Of a stretch of 64,000 bases of DNA, positions 50,466 through 60,240 are shown in pieces. The stretch comes from Acutalibacteraceae bacterium (GTDB lineage Bacteria > Bacillota > Clostridia > Oscillospirales > Acutalibacteraceae), in the NCBI GenBank assembly GCA_045630515.1, contig JAZQTG010000076.1, positions 354,299 to 418,298 on the forward strand, written 5' to 3'. Every line of letters starts with the position of its first letter. Positions within the stretch are counted from its first letter, which is position 1. The position numbers were made by a program, and so were the translations under genes. The notes under the pieces are model-generated. The model was given only the letters and a program-made list of their open reading frames with translations. It had not been told where the DNA came from and made no database searches.

Positions 50466-51647
50466 TTATCTTAAAATTTCTTTTAATTCATCGGCTTTAT
50501 CCATTCTTTCCCAAGGCAAATCCAAATCGGTTCTGCCAAGATGTCCGTATGCCGAAAGCGGTGTATAAATAGGACGGCGAAGGTCTAGTTTTTTAATTAT
50601 TGCGGCAGGACGTAAATCAAACACCTTTTGTACCGCATCTGAAAGCTCTTCGTCATTAAACTTACCAGTACCAAATGTATCAACCATAACCGATACAGGT
50701 TTAGCAACACCTATAGCGTATGCTAACTGCACCTCGCATTTATCGGCAAGACCTGCGGCAACAATATTCTTTGCTACATATCTTGCGGCATAAGCGGCAG
50801 AACGGTCAACTTTTGTTGGGTCTTTACCGGAGAATGCACCGCCACCGTGACGAGCAAAACCACCGTATGTGTCTACTATAATTTTTCTACCTGTAAGTCC
50901 TGTATCCCCTTGTGGTCCGCCAACAACAAAACGGCCTGTAGGATTAATAAAAATTTTAGTTTCATTATCTATTAATTCGCTAGGGATTATAGGTTTAATA
51001 ACCTCTTTTAAAATATCCTCGCGGAGTGTTGAAAGTTCAACCTTATCGCTATGTTGAGAGGATATAACTACCGCCTCTACCCTTTTAGGTTTATCATCAA
51101 CATATTCAATGGTTACCTGACTTTTACCATCCGGACGAAGATATGAAAGTGTGCCATTTTTACGCACCTCTGTTAACCTTAAAGAAAGTTTGTGTGCCAG
51201 AGAAATCGGCAGAGGCATAAGTTCTTCGGTTTCGTTGCAAGCAAAGCCAAACATCATGCCTTGGTCGCCTGCACCGTTTTCGTTTTCGGTATCATCCGCG
51301 CCATCTTTAGCCTCTAACGACTTGTCCACGCCCAAAGCAATATCAGGCGACTGACCATCTAACGCTACCATAACTGCACAGGTGTTACCGTTAAAGCCCT
51401 GTTCTTCACTATCATATCCTATTTCGGTTACTGCTTTACGCGCAATCTTTGCAACGTCTACGTCGGCAGTGGTTGTGATTTCACCCATTACCGTTACCAT
51501 ACCTGTTGTAACAAAGGTTTCACAAGCAACGCGAGCGTTGGGGTCACTTGCCAAAATTGCATCCAATACAGAGTCAGAAACGCGGTCGCAAACCTTATCG
51601 GGATGTCCCTCTGTTACCGACTCAGAAGTAAATAATTTTTTAATCAT
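50466..51647 (-). CDS. metK: S-adenosylmethionine synthetase
   Basis: [40 protein letters not shown]. Confidence 0.98.
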   Translation of the reverse strand: MIKKLFTSESVTEGHPDKVCDRVSDSVLDAILASDPNARVACETFVTTGMVTVMGEITTTADVDVAKIARKAVTEIGYDSEEQGFNGNTCAVMVALDGQSPDIALGVDKSLEAKDGADDTENENGAGDQGMMFGFACNETEELMPLPISLAHKLSLRLTEVRKNGTLSYLRPDGKSQVTIEYVDDKPKRVEAVVISSQHSDKVELSTLREDILKEVIKPIIPSELIDNETKIFINPTGRFVVGGPQGDTGLTGRKIIVDTYGGFARHGGGAFSGKDPTKVDRSAAYAARYVAKNIVAAGLADKCEVQLAYAIGVAKPVSVMVDTFGTGKFNDEELSDAVQKVFDLRPAAIIKKLDLRRPIYTPLSAYGHLGRTDLDLPWERMDKADELKEILR

Positions 51648-51673
51648 ATTTTCACCCATATTTATTATTTACA

Positions 51674-51807
51674 AAAAAACAACCCGCCGAAAGAAAGCGG
51701 GTTGAAAACTATCCTCATCTTTCGGATTAACCGCAGGATTTGGCACCTTGCTAAAAAGCAGGTTGCCGGGCGTCTTAGGGCCTGTTCCCTCAGCCACTCT
51801 TGATAAG
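51674..51807 (-). promoter_or_regulatory. SAM-I (S-box) riboswitch with terminator, leader of metK
   Basis: The minus strand reads CTTATCAAGAGTGGCTGAGGGAACAGGCCCTAAGACGCCCGGCAACC...GGTGCCAAATCCTGC...AGATGAG, then the hairpin caacccgc/gcgggttg plus T7. Confidence 0.92.
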
Positions 51808-51869
51808 CGGATTATTTAATTTGCATTTATTATATTAACACATTTTATTGATTTGTCAAGCGGAAAAAT

Positions 51870-52535
51870 TTACACAAGTTCAAGCACTCCACCTAAAACC
51901 AAAGTTAAGAAGATTATGGCAACAGCAACAACTATAACCGAGCAAACAATTGTTATAACGGTTCTCTTATTTAGTTTATACTCCGAACCTTCGCGGTGTT
52001 CTACCAATTTTGCCATGCGTAAAGCGTTAACAAAAGGCTTATAAATAAGCATTGTTAATGCACTGTTGAGCACCGCTTTTGTAAAGTTAAACGGTAGTAG
52101 CAACGGCAATAATAAACCTTTAACCGCAGAAATATCTACGCCCATATAATAAGGTGTAATTAACAGATTTGCCACCAGCATTACCGCAGTCATACAAAAA
52201 GTTCCTACCAAAAGTCCAAATACCGCACCAATCGTAGATTTTTTTAACTTATAAATAACCGAAGCGGGTACAACTAGCGAGAGGGTTGAAAGTATATTCA
52301 TTATAAGTCCGTAAACGCCCGTATCACTTACCGTTAAGAACTCCAAAAAAGATACCGCCACAGAAACAATTATGCCAGAAATTGGACCGTAAAGGAAAGC
52401 ACCTACCGCAATAATTGCATCCTTAGCATCAAAGGTTAAAAACGAAACCTTTATTCTAAAAACAAAGACACATACAAAACTAAGCGCACAAAACAGTGCA
52501 GTAATAACAAGCCTTTTTGTATTATATTTTTTCAT
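51870..52535 (-). CDS. ribU: ECF transporter S component, riboflavin type (RibU-like)
   Basis: Six-TM ECF S-component architecture directly behind an FMN riboswitch. ATG at 52535 behind gaggtg. Confidence 0.8.
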   Translation of the reverse strand: MKKYNTKRLVITALFCALSFVCVFVFRIKVSFLTFDAKDAIIAVGAFLYGPISGIIVSVAVSFLEFLTVSDTGVYGLIMNILSTLSLVVPASVIYKLKKSTIGAVFGLLVGTFCMTAVMLVANLLITPYYMGVDISAVKGLLLPLLLPFNFTKAVLNSALTMLIYKPFVNALRMAKLVEHREGSEYKLNKRTVITIVCSVIVVAVAIIFLTLVLGGVLELV

Positions 52536-52546
52536 ATTGCACCTCG

Positions 52547-52728
52547 CAAAAAAATAAAGCCCCACAAAAACAGTGGGGCTAAAATACTACAAAATGTTAA
52601 TACCATCCGGACTGTACCGTCGGCTTTGGAATTACACCAAATCAACCACCAAAAGTGGCTCGCGGGCTTGTCTTGAAACTTCAAGATTCACCGCCGGTTA
52701 GGGAATTGCACCCTACCCCAAAACAATA
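52547..52728 (-). promoter_or_regulatory. FMN riboswitch (RFN element) with terminator
   Basis: The minus strand reads GGGGTAGGGTGCAATTCCCTAACCGGCGGT...AGCCCGCGAGCC...GGTGGTTGATTTGGTGTAATTCCAAAGCCGACGGTACAGTCCGGATGG, then the hairpin agccccac/gtggggct plus a T-run. Confidence 0.92.
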
Positions 52729-52759
52729 TTTAATTACAAAAACATTATACTACCGATAT

Positions 52760-53764
52760 TTAATTTGTCAACCATGAACTTTCATGCTCGGCTTTGCAAG
52801 GTCTGTTCATTAAAGATTTTACCATATCCTCAACTCTGTAGCCTTTATAAAGCACCGCATAAACTCCCTCAATTATAGGCATTTCTACGACCTTATCTTT
52901 AGCAAGTTTGTAAGCAGTTTTTACGGCGTGGTAACCTTCAACCGTGCCAACTATTTTTAACGCCTCGTCAACACTAACGCCTCTGCCAACAAGTTTACCA
53001 AATCGGTAGTTACGGCTATGCACAGAAGTGCAAGTAACAATAAGGTCGCCAAGACCTGTAAGACCTGTAAAGGTTTCCGACTTTGCGCCAAGCGTTGCAC
53101 CCAGTCTTGCTATCTCTGCAAGGCCTCTTGTAATCAAAGCGGCTTTAGGATTATCACCTAAAGTTAAACCGTCACCAATACCTGATGCTACCGCAATGAT
53201 GTTTTTAAATGCACCGCCTAATTCAACACCTATCAAATCGCTGCCGGTATAAATGCGCAATGTTTCACACATTAAAGTTTCTTGCACATAACGAGCGGCA
53301 TCAAAATCGTGCGATGCGGCTACTAGTGAAGTCGGCTCTTTTCTTGCAACCTCTTCGGCGTGCGACGGTCCTGATAACACAACAATTTTAGCATTAGGCA
53401 ATCTTTCAGAAATCACCTCAGAAAGTCGTTTACCTGTGCCATCTTCAAGACCTTTTGCCACATTTACAACGATGCCAAAATTATTTACCTTGCTTAGTTT
53501 TTCTGCAGTTTCACATACTGCGAAAGACGGTGTAGCAATAATGGTTATATCGCTACCTTCTGCCACATTAATATCGGTTGTAACACCAATCTCTTCCGGT
53601 ATGGTAATACCCTTTAAGAGTTTCTCACTTGCTCTGGTTTCTAAAAGGCAATTAGCCTCCTCAATAAATGGAGTCCACAAAGTTACATCGTTACCGCAAC
53701 TATATGCAGTAATAGCCAATGCTATACCCCATCCGCCTGAGCCAAGAACGGTTATTTTTGCCAT
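52760..53764 (-). CDS. gpsA: NAD(P)H-dependent glycerol-3-phosphate dehydrogenase
   Basis: KITVLGSGGWGIALA Rossmann motif, GLKNIIA-like GAFKNIIAVASG, SRNYRFG. Confidence 0.95.
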   Translation of the reverse strand: MAKITVLGSGGWGIALAITAYSCGNDVTLWTPFIEEANCLLETRASEKLLKGITIPEEIGVTTDINVAEGSDITIIATPSFAVCETAEKLSKVNNFGIVVNVAKGLEDGTGKRLSEVISERLPNAKIVVLSGPSHAEEVARKEPTSLVAASHDFDAARYVQETLMCETLRIYTGSDLIGVELGGAFKNIIAVASGIGDGLTLGDNPKAALITRGLAEIARLGATLGAKSETFTGLTGLGDLIVTCTSVHSRNYRFGKLVGRGVSVDEALKIVGTVEGYHAVKTAYKLAKDKVVEMPIIEGVYAVLYKGYRVEDMVKSLMNRPCKAEHESSWLTN

Positions 53765-53775
53765 AAACTTACCTC

Positions 53776-55107
53776 CTATTTGGTTTTACCGTCACCACGT
53801 TCGCGAATTACAAAGCGAACCGGTGTACCCTCTAAACCGAATGTAGAACGTATTTGGTTTTCTAAATATCGTTGATATGAGAAATGAAACAACTCTGCCC
53901 TGTTGCAGAAACAAACAAATGTTGGCGGTCTTGTAGAAGCTTGAGTCATATAATATATCTTAAGGCGTTTACCCTTATCGGTAGGCGGTTGAGTTCTTGC
54001 AGTAGCATCTGCTAAAACATCGTTAAGCATACCTGTTGAAATTCGCATAGAGTTTTGCGCGTTTACATATTTTATTAGTTCAAATAAGCGGTCAATACGC
54101 TGACCTGTTTTTGCCGAAATGAATATGATTGGCGCAAAGGTCATAAACGAGAAATCTTGCATAAGTTTTTTGCGATACTTATCCATCGTTTCACCGTTTT
54201 TCTCAACGATATCCCATTTATTTACAACGATAATACAAGCCTTGCCCTGTTCTAACGCGATGCCTGCAACCTTTGAATCTTGCTCGGTAAAGCCCTCGGT
54301 ACCATCTATCATAATAACACATACCTGAGCACGCTCTACAGCCATTTGCGCACGCATTACGCTATATTTTTCAATGCGGTCGTCCACCTTGCTTTTGCGA
54401 CGGAGACCTGCAGTATCTATAAAGTTAAAGCGTCCGTGTTTGTTTTCAACCAATGTATCAATAGCATCCCTTGTTGTACCTGCTATATCGGATACTATTG
54501 AACGCTCTTGACCTGAGATTTTATTAACAAGTGATGATTTGCCGGCATTTGGTTTGCCTATAACCGCAACCTCAATGACATCATCATCTTCGCCCTCTTC
54601 ATCATTCTTTGGCAAATATTCAAAAACCGCATCAAGCAAATCACCTGTGCCGTGTCCATGAACCGAGGATACAGGGATTGGGTCACCAATGCCGAGATTA
54701 TAAAACTCGTATACCTCCATTGGCATTTCACCAACGCTATCACATTTGTTAACACAAAGTATTATTGGTTTACCGCTCTTTTGTAGCATAGCCGCAACCT
54801 CGTAATCGGTTGCAGTAACACCTGTGCGAAGGTCAACAACAAATATAATAACCTGAGCCATATCAATAGCCAAGTTTGCTTGCTCGCGCATTTTGGATAA
54901 AATTATATCATCACCGCTTGGCTCTATACCGCCTGTATCTATAAGCAAAAAACTAGTGTTTTGCCACTCGGCAGTACCGTAAATACGATCTCTGGTAACG
55001 CCAGGGGTATCATCAACTATTGATAAACGTTTGCCGCAAATCTTATTAAAAAGGGTTGATTTACCAACGTTTGGTCTGCCAACAATTGCAACTACCGGTT
55101 TTGCCAT
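53776..55107 (-). CDS. der: Ribosome biogenesis GTPase Der (EngA)
   Basis: Two tandem GTPase domains (GRPNVGKST and GKPNAGKSS) plus a KH-like C-terminus. Confidence 0.97.
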   Translation of the reverse strand: MAKPVVAIVGRPNVGKSTLFNKICGKRLSIVDDTPGVTRDRIYGTAEWQNTSFLLIDTGGIEPSGDDIILSKMREQANLAIDMAQVIIFVVDLRTGVTATDYEVAAMLQKSGKPIILCVNKCDSVGEMPMEVYEFYNLGIGDPIPVSSVHGHGTGDLLDAVFEYLPKNDEEGEDDDVIEVAVIGKPNAGKSSLVNKISGQERSIVSDIAGTTRDAIDTLVENKHGRFNFIDTAGLRRKSKVDDRIEKYSVMRAQMAVERAQVCVIMIDGTEGFTEQDSKVAGIALEQGKACIIVVNKWDIVEKNGETMDKYRKKLMQDFSFMTFAPIIFISAKTGQRIDRLFELIKYVNAQNSMRISTGMLNDVLADATARTQPPTDKGKRLKIYYMTQASTRPPTFVCFCNRAELFHFSYQRYLENQIRSTFGLEGTPVRFVIRERGDGKTK

Positions 55108-55122
55108 ATTTTATCCTCCTAA

Positions 55123-56424
55123 CTAATTTTCTGTGCCACAAATGGCATCTATCAAATCATACCCGCTATTAGAAACGGTTTTTACTTTTACATTAAGTTT
55201 TTCTTCTAATTCTTTTAAGGTAACATCGTCTAAAAAAACATCTTCTCCTTGACGGAGCATAGAATTAGGGATTAACAAAGTATCACCTAAAGGTTTATCT
55301 TTTAACTGTGCGATTATATCTCCACCTGTTATAAGCCCTGCAACTGTAATACTATCACCAAAGAAATTATTTATTATTGCATAAACATTACAATTAAAAT
55401 TATGCCACTTTGCTTTACACATATCAGCAATCTTTTTAAGCAGCGGATAAGCAAGTGTGCCTGTTGCTATAGAAATGTTTACATTAGCATTCAAGGTAGC
55501 ATCTTCTAACGCCTTTTCACATTCGTCAAGCAATAATGCCCAAAGACCTACACCGTTTTCTAACTGCAAAAAGTCGCCATAATATAAAGCCGGCGGAATT
55601 TCTCTTTCTGCCAAAAGATAGAATTCATCTGATGGGTAGCAGATACGCTCGCCCCTATCTTTTTCGCAAATATCACCAAACTCGTTAATAATATCTATTA
55701 CTTCATTAGCGGTTTCTTTCGTAAAAGGTTTTAAAGGCACAAGACCATCTCTGTGCTTTGTTAATCCTACAGGAACACAAGCAATGCTGCTAACACTTTT
55801 ATAACTCAAAAGGTCAGAAAGCGACCTGCGAAGTTCATCACCATCGTTATATTCGGGGCATAAAACCAACTGAAAATTAAGTGAAATACCCGACTGCGAA
55901 AGTTTATCTATAACCTTTAATGCTTCACCTGCAAATCGGTTCTTCATCATTTCAACGCGCAACTGAGGGTTGGTGGTGTGCACCGATATATTTACAGGAC
56001 TTATATGCATTTTTATAATTCGCTCAACCTCATGGTCGGTAAGATTTGTTAACGTTATATAGTTACCGAAAAGGAAGGATAACCTTGAGTCATCATCTTT
56101 AAAATACAGACTCTCGCGCATACCCTTTGGCAACTGGTCAATAAAACAAAAAATGCAATTATTCTTGCAATGATGTTGCTTATCCATTAAATAGGTGGCA
56201 AACTCCATGCCGATTTCTTGAAACTCGTCTTTCTTAATCTTAACCTTTATACGCTTTCCATCGCGCAAAAGCACTAGTTTTAAACGTTTTTCGTTTTGGT
56301 AAAAGCGATAATCAAGCACATCAACAATATCATTTCCGTTAATAGAAACAAGTTCGTCACCTGCTACTATACCTACACTTTCGGCAAACGAACCTTCCGT
56401 TACGCCAGTAACGATAACCGACAC
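55123..56424 (-). CDS. DUF512 domain protein (PDZ plus radical-SAM-like)
   Basis: PDZ-like GIVAGDELVSINGNDIVDVLDY and the cysteine motif CKNNCIFCF. I chose the GTG at 56424 behind aggagg with a 9-nt spacer; the ORF-track extension to 56514 has no RBS. Confidence 0.75.
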   Translation of the reverse strand: MSVIVTGVTEGSFAESVGIVAGDELVSINGNDIVDVLDYRFYQNEKRLKLVLLRDGKRIKVKIKKDEFQEIGMEFATYLMDKQHHCKNNCIFCFIDQLPKGMRESLYFKDDDSRLSFLFGNYITLTNLTDHEVERIIKMHISPVNISVHTTNPQLRVEMMKNRFAGEALKVIDKLSQSGISLNFQLVLCPEYNDGDELRRSLSDLLSYKSVSSIACVPVGLTKHRDGLVPLKPFTKETANEVIDIINEFGDICEKDRGERICYPSDEFYLLAEREIPPALYYGDFLQLENGVGLWALLLDECEKALEDATLNANVNISIATGTLAYPLLKKIADMCKAKWHNFNCNVYAIINNFFGDSITVAGLITGGDIIAQLKDKPLGDTLLIPNSMLRQGEDVFLDDVTLKELEEKLNVKVKTVSNSGYDLIDAICGTEN

Positions 56425-56724
56425 AAAAATCCACCTCCTGCAACCATTAGAATAAGTACCGTAGTGGTTTATGCAGAGAGAAATGAGATTTGTTGCAGAT
56501 AGATTTTTGTGCAAACAAAATTGTCATCCCTCAAATCACTTAAAACCGCCACACGTAATGGTTTAAGGTATTCTAAGCGAGGTTTATTGCTAATTGGTTT
56601 TTGTTTGTGCAAAGCATAAAGCACAGCGAATACTTTGTGTATTCGCGAGCATTTAGGCAAAGCACAGGCGAAAAACAATAGTAAGAAAACCGTTTCGCAT
56701 ACCTTAAGCCACTACTAAACATAA

Positions 56725-56757
56725 ACCGCCTGATGCAGTTTAACTGTACCAGGCGGT
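56725..56757 (-). terminator. Hairpin after rpmF (probable, possibly leaky, terminator)
   Basis: accgcctg / caggcggt stem. On the minus strand it is followed by uuauguuu. Confidence 0.55.
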
Positions 56758-56770
56758 CATTGGATGTAAA

Positions 56771-56953
56771 TTAGTCCTCAACCTTTACTACCTCGCGGCC
56801 ATTGTAATATCCGCAGGAAGGACAAACTCTGTGAGGTCTTTTAAACTCGCCGCAGCGTGAACATTTTACAAGTGTGGGAGCAGAAAGCTTCCATACGTTT
56901 GAACGCCTTTTATCACGTCTTGCTTTAGAAGTTTTTCTCTTTGGTACTGCCAT
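56771..56953 (-). CDS. rpmF: 50S ribosomal protein L32
   Basis: [17 protein letters not shown] with zinc-ribbon CSRCG...CPSCG. Confidence 0.97.
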   Translation of the reverse strand: MAVPKRKTSKARRDKRRSNVWKLSAPTLVKCSRCGEFKRPHRVCPSCGYYNGREVVKVED

Positions 56954-57006
56954 TTACGGCACCTCCTTTTTATCCTTTATCAAATATTCCGACGGGCTTG
57001 GTAGAA

Positions 57007-57507
57007 TCACTCGTCATTTAACAACTGTTGCAATATTTCTAAACGAGGGTCTATTTCTTTATGGTTGCAACCGCAACTGCCTTCGTTTAAATTCTTGCCG
57101 CATTTTTGGCAAACCCCTTTACAATCCTCGCGACAAAGGTGCTTTGAGGGAATGCAGAGAACAACCTCTTCCCTTGCTAGTTCTAAAAGATTAAGCTGCA
57201 TGTCGGGTAGTTCTAGCATATCGTCATTCTCATTGCCGTTTGCAAGTTCTGTTACAAGTGTTTTTTGCAACTTGAAAGAATATTTGTTGGTAGCATTTGT
57301 ACCACAACGGTCGCAATCGGCAGTATACTCGGCCTCTATTTTAGCCTCTAGAGAAACAATTCCGGTTTTGCTTAAAATCTCGCCAGTGATTTTAACAGGA
57401 GTTATTATCGGGAATACCCCTGAGAATTCAATGTCGCTAAAATTGAATTCAGCATTGATAGAAATGGACCCATCACCAGAAAAAAGTTTTCGTAAATCAA
57501 GTACCAT
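57007..57507 (-). CDS. yceD: YceD family (DUF177) protein
   Basis: C-terminal CREDCKGVCQKCGKNLN..CGC motif and its position upstream of rpmF. Confidence 0.85.
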   Translation of the reverse strand: MVLDLRKLFSGDGSISINAEFNFSDIEFSGVFPIITPVKITGEILSKTGIVSLEAKIEAEYTADCDRCGTNATNKYSFKLQKTLVTELANGNENDDMLELPDMQLNLLELAREEVVLCIPSKHLCREDCKGVCQKCGKNLNEGSCGCNHKEIDPRLEILQQLLNDE

Positions 57508-57536
57508 TTATATCACCCCAAACTGCTACGACAAAC

Positions 57537-57565
57537 ATTATATAAAAAATACTCCCCAATGTCAA
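57537..57565 (-). promoter_or_regulatory. Consensus promoter of yceD-rpmF
   Basis: The minus strand reads TTGACA, 17-nt spacer, TATAAT. Confidence 0.6.
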
Positions 57566-57643
57566 GTGTAATTTACCATAATTTTTATTTTTTTATTTAT
57601 AATACCTTTTTAATATAAAAATTAACAAATTATTAATTTTTTG

Positions 57644-57672
57644 TTGACTTAGTTTGATATCGGTGTTATACT
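57644..57672 (+). promoter_or_regulatory. Promoter of the lysine-riboswitch transcript
   Basis: TTGACT, 17-nt spacer, TGtTATACT. Confidence 0.6.
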
Positions 57673-57685
57673 TAACACAAATCTT

Positions 57686-57895
57686 GATAGAGGCGCGTTG
57701 TGTATAAGTAACGGCAGATTTATGCGGTAACGGTTTGCCAAGAAAGGACACATCGCCGAAACTTTAGTGCTACCCCGCAGTTGCACTTTGGTTGGGACGG
57801 TGCAAAACATGTACCGTACTGTCACGCAATGTGGAGGGCTATCGCATATCTCACCTTTTTAGCATGGTAACCACCAGATTGTGTGTTATCATGCT
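57686..57895 (+). promoter_or_regulatory. Lysine riboswitch (L-box) with terminator
   Basis: GATAGAGGCGCG...AAGTAAC...GAAAGGACACATCGCCGAAA...TTGGG...ACTGTCAC...TGGAGGGCTATC, then the agcatg/catgct hairpin plus a T-run. Confidence 0.9.
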
Positions 57896-57921
57896 TTTAA
57901 TATTTTTTGGAGGTAAAAAAC

Positions 57922-59544
57922 ATGCAAGCAAAAAAACTTATCCCTAAAGTACTTATAATTGCTTTCGTTGTTGGTTTTGGTGTTCTTTGTGCTTTCACAG
58001 GCTCTATCACCAACCCCGTTGGCACATTATGGTCCTTGTTCCCACCGGTAATCGCTATCGGTTTGGCACTACTCACTAAAGAAGTTTATTCTTCTTTGTT
58101 TGTAGGTATTTTGATGGGTGGACTACTTTCTACAAATTTCCAACCCATACATACCGTTGACTCAATGGTTAGCGACGGTTTTATTTCCGCCGTATCAGGT
58201 AGTGCAGGTATCTTTGCATTCTTGGTAATGCTCGGTATCATCGTTGCCCTTCTTAACAAAGCAGGCGGCTCGCGTGCTTTTGGCGAATGGGCAGCAAAAC
58301 ACGTTAAAGGTAAAATCGGCGCTTCTATCGCAACATTCCTTTTTGGTGTTTTAATTTTCATTGATGACTATTTTAACTGTCTAACAGTTGGTGCAGTTAT
58401 GCGCCCTGTTACCGACAAAGCAAAGATTTCTCGTGCAAAACTATCATACTTAATAGATGCTACTGCTGCACCTGTTTGTATGATTGCCCCTATCTCTTCT
58501 TGGGCTGCTGCAGTTGCTAGCTACGCCCCTGATGGACAAGGTATTTCTCTTTTCGTTAAAGCAATCCCCTACAACTTCTATTCACTAATGACCTTCGTGT
58601 TCATCATTGCTATCACACTTATGAAGTTTGATTACGGCCCAATGAAACTGCACGAAAAGAATGCAGAAAACGGTGATTTATTCACCTTTGGCGGTCAGAT
58701 TGGCAACGACGAGGACGAGGCTCCCGCCACCAACAAAGCACGTGTTATTGACCTAGTATTCCCAATTATCATACTTATTGCTATCTGCGTATTTTCACTA
58801 TTCTACGTTGGTAGATGCATGGGTGAAGAATGGGTATTTGCTTCCAGCAACTACGACCCATCTTTAAGCTTTATTGATGCTTTCTCTAACACAGATGCAA
58901 CTGTTGGTCTACCTTGGGGCGGTCTTGTAGCACTTATATTCACAATTATCTACTTCGTTGCAAGAAAACTTGTTTCCTTTAAAGAGGCTATGGCGTGCAT
59001 ACCCAAAGGCTTTATCGCTATGGTTCCAGCAATTCTTATTCTTACCATGGCAACAACCCTTAAAAACATGACCTCTCTGCTTGAATCCGACACTTTCGTT
59101 GAAGGTGCTTTGGCTTCTGCAGGTAGCCTTGATAAACTCTTACCCGCTATCATCTTCTTGGTAGCTTGCGGTATTGCTTTCTCAACAGGTACATCATGGG
59201 GTACTTTTGGTATTCTTATTCCTATCGTACTTGCTATATTCCCTGTTGGTAGCGAACTTGGTATTATGGCTATGTCTGCATGTCTTGCAGGTGCTGTTTG
59301 TGGCGACCATTGTTCACCTATTTCTGATACAACAATTATGTCTTCTGCAGGCGCTCAGTGCAACCACATCAACCACGTTTCCACACAGTTACCATACGCT
59401 ATAACCGTTGCAGCAATTTCGTTTGTATGCTTCGTAATAGCAGCTTTTGTTCAAAACGTTTACGTTTCGCTAGGCATTGCGCTTGTTCTTACCATTGCAA
59501 CACTCTTTGTTATTAAAGCTATTACTAACAAGAAAACTGCATAA
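57922..59544 (+). CDS. NhaC-family transporter (candidate lysine transporter, LysW-type context)
   Basis: Multi-TM NhaC-like protein directly downstream of an L-box. ATG at 57922 behind ggagg. Confidence 0.75.
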   Translation: MQAKKLIPKVLIIAFVVGFGVLCAFTGSITNPVGTLWSLFPPVIAIGLALLTKEVYSSLFVGILMGGLLSTNFQPIHTVDSMVSDGFISAVSGSAGIFAFLVMLGIIVALLNKAGGSRAFGEWAAKHVKGKIGASIATFLFGVLIFIDDYFNCLTVGAVMRPVTDKAKISRAKLSYLIDATAAPVCMIAPISSWAAAVASYAPDGQGISLFVKAIPYNFYSLMTFVFIIAITLMKFDYGPMKLHEKNAENGDLFTFGGQIGNDEDEAPATNKARVIDLVFPIIILIAICVFSLFYVGRCMGEEWVFASSNYDPSLSFIDAFSNTDATVGLPWGGLVALIFTIIYFVARKLVSFKEAMACIPKGFIAMVPAILILTMATTLKNMTSLLESDTFVEGALASAGSLDKLLPAIIFLVACGIAFSTGTSWGTFGILIPIVLAIFPVGSELGIMAMSACLAGAVCGDHCSPISDTTIMSSAGAQCNHINHVSTQLPYAITVAAISFVCFVIAAFVQNVYVSLGIALVLTIATLFVIKAITNKKTA

Positions 59545-59556
59545 AAAATAAACGAT

Positions 59557-59594
59557 TAACCCCTTGCTAAATCTTAGCAAGGGGTTATTTTTTT
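59557..59594. terminator. Bidirectional terminator
   Basis: 14-bp stem taaccccttgctaa / ttagcaaggggtta plus T7. Confidence 0.8.
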
Positions 59595-60240
59595 ATAACA
59601 ATATTTTTAATATATCGCTTGGAGTTTTTGCTATATAGGTAGCACCTGCTTCTTCTAATTCATTAGGTTCTGCAAAACCGTACTTAACACCTATTGAGTC
59701 TAATAAAAACATTTTAGCACCGCTAATATCTTGCTCGCGATCACCAATCATAATAGCAGAAGTTCTATCTGTTATATTAAACCTTTTTATTACCTCATTA
59801 ATAACCTGATGTTTATGTATTATGGTTCCGCCTATCTCGGCACCTACCATATCACTAAAATACTTGTCCAAAGAAAAATGCGTAATAACCTTTTTTGCGA
59901 AAACAAGGGGTTTGGCGGTTGCTAGTATTATGGTTTTATTCGCCTCTTTCAAGGATTTTAACATATCCTCTATGCCATCATACAGACTACATTCATAAAC
60001 GCCTATATCTTTATATCTTTCTCTATAATAGGCGGTTGCTTGCTCAGCCAACCCTTTATCCATGCCGCAATATTCCATAAATGCATCTACAAGCGGTGGA
60101 CCTATAAAACGGTGTAACACATTTAACGATGGTTGTTGCCATTCTAATTTATTTAATGCATATTTAACACAGTTGATAATTCCTTCAGCAGAGTTGGTTA
60201 TTGTACCGTCTAAATCAAACAATATATACTGCTTATCCAT
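59593..60240 (-). CDS. HAD-superfamily hydrolase (phosphoglycolate phosphatase-like)
   Basis: ILFDLDGTITNS, ATAK, IGDREQD. Confidence 0.8.
   Translation of the reverse strand: MDKQYILFDLDGTITNSAEGIINCVKYALNKLEWQQPSLNVLHRFIGPPLVDAFMEYCGMDKGLAEQATAYYRERYKDIGVYECSLYDGIEDMLKSLKEANKTIILATAKPLVFAKKVITHFSLDKYFSDMVGAEIGGTIIHKHQVINEVIKRFNITDRTSAIMIGDREQDISGAKMFLLDSIGVKYGFAEPNELEEAGATYIAKTPSDILKILL

Noticed and set aside
56469-56678. 69-aa ORF inside the rpmF-DUF512 spacer, plus the ORF-track extension of DUF512 to 56514.
   Set aside because: No Shine-Dalgarno sequence precedes either start, whereas a strong aggagg-N9-GTG gives the conserved DUF512 N-terminus (SVIVTGV...). I treat the region as structured RNA instead.
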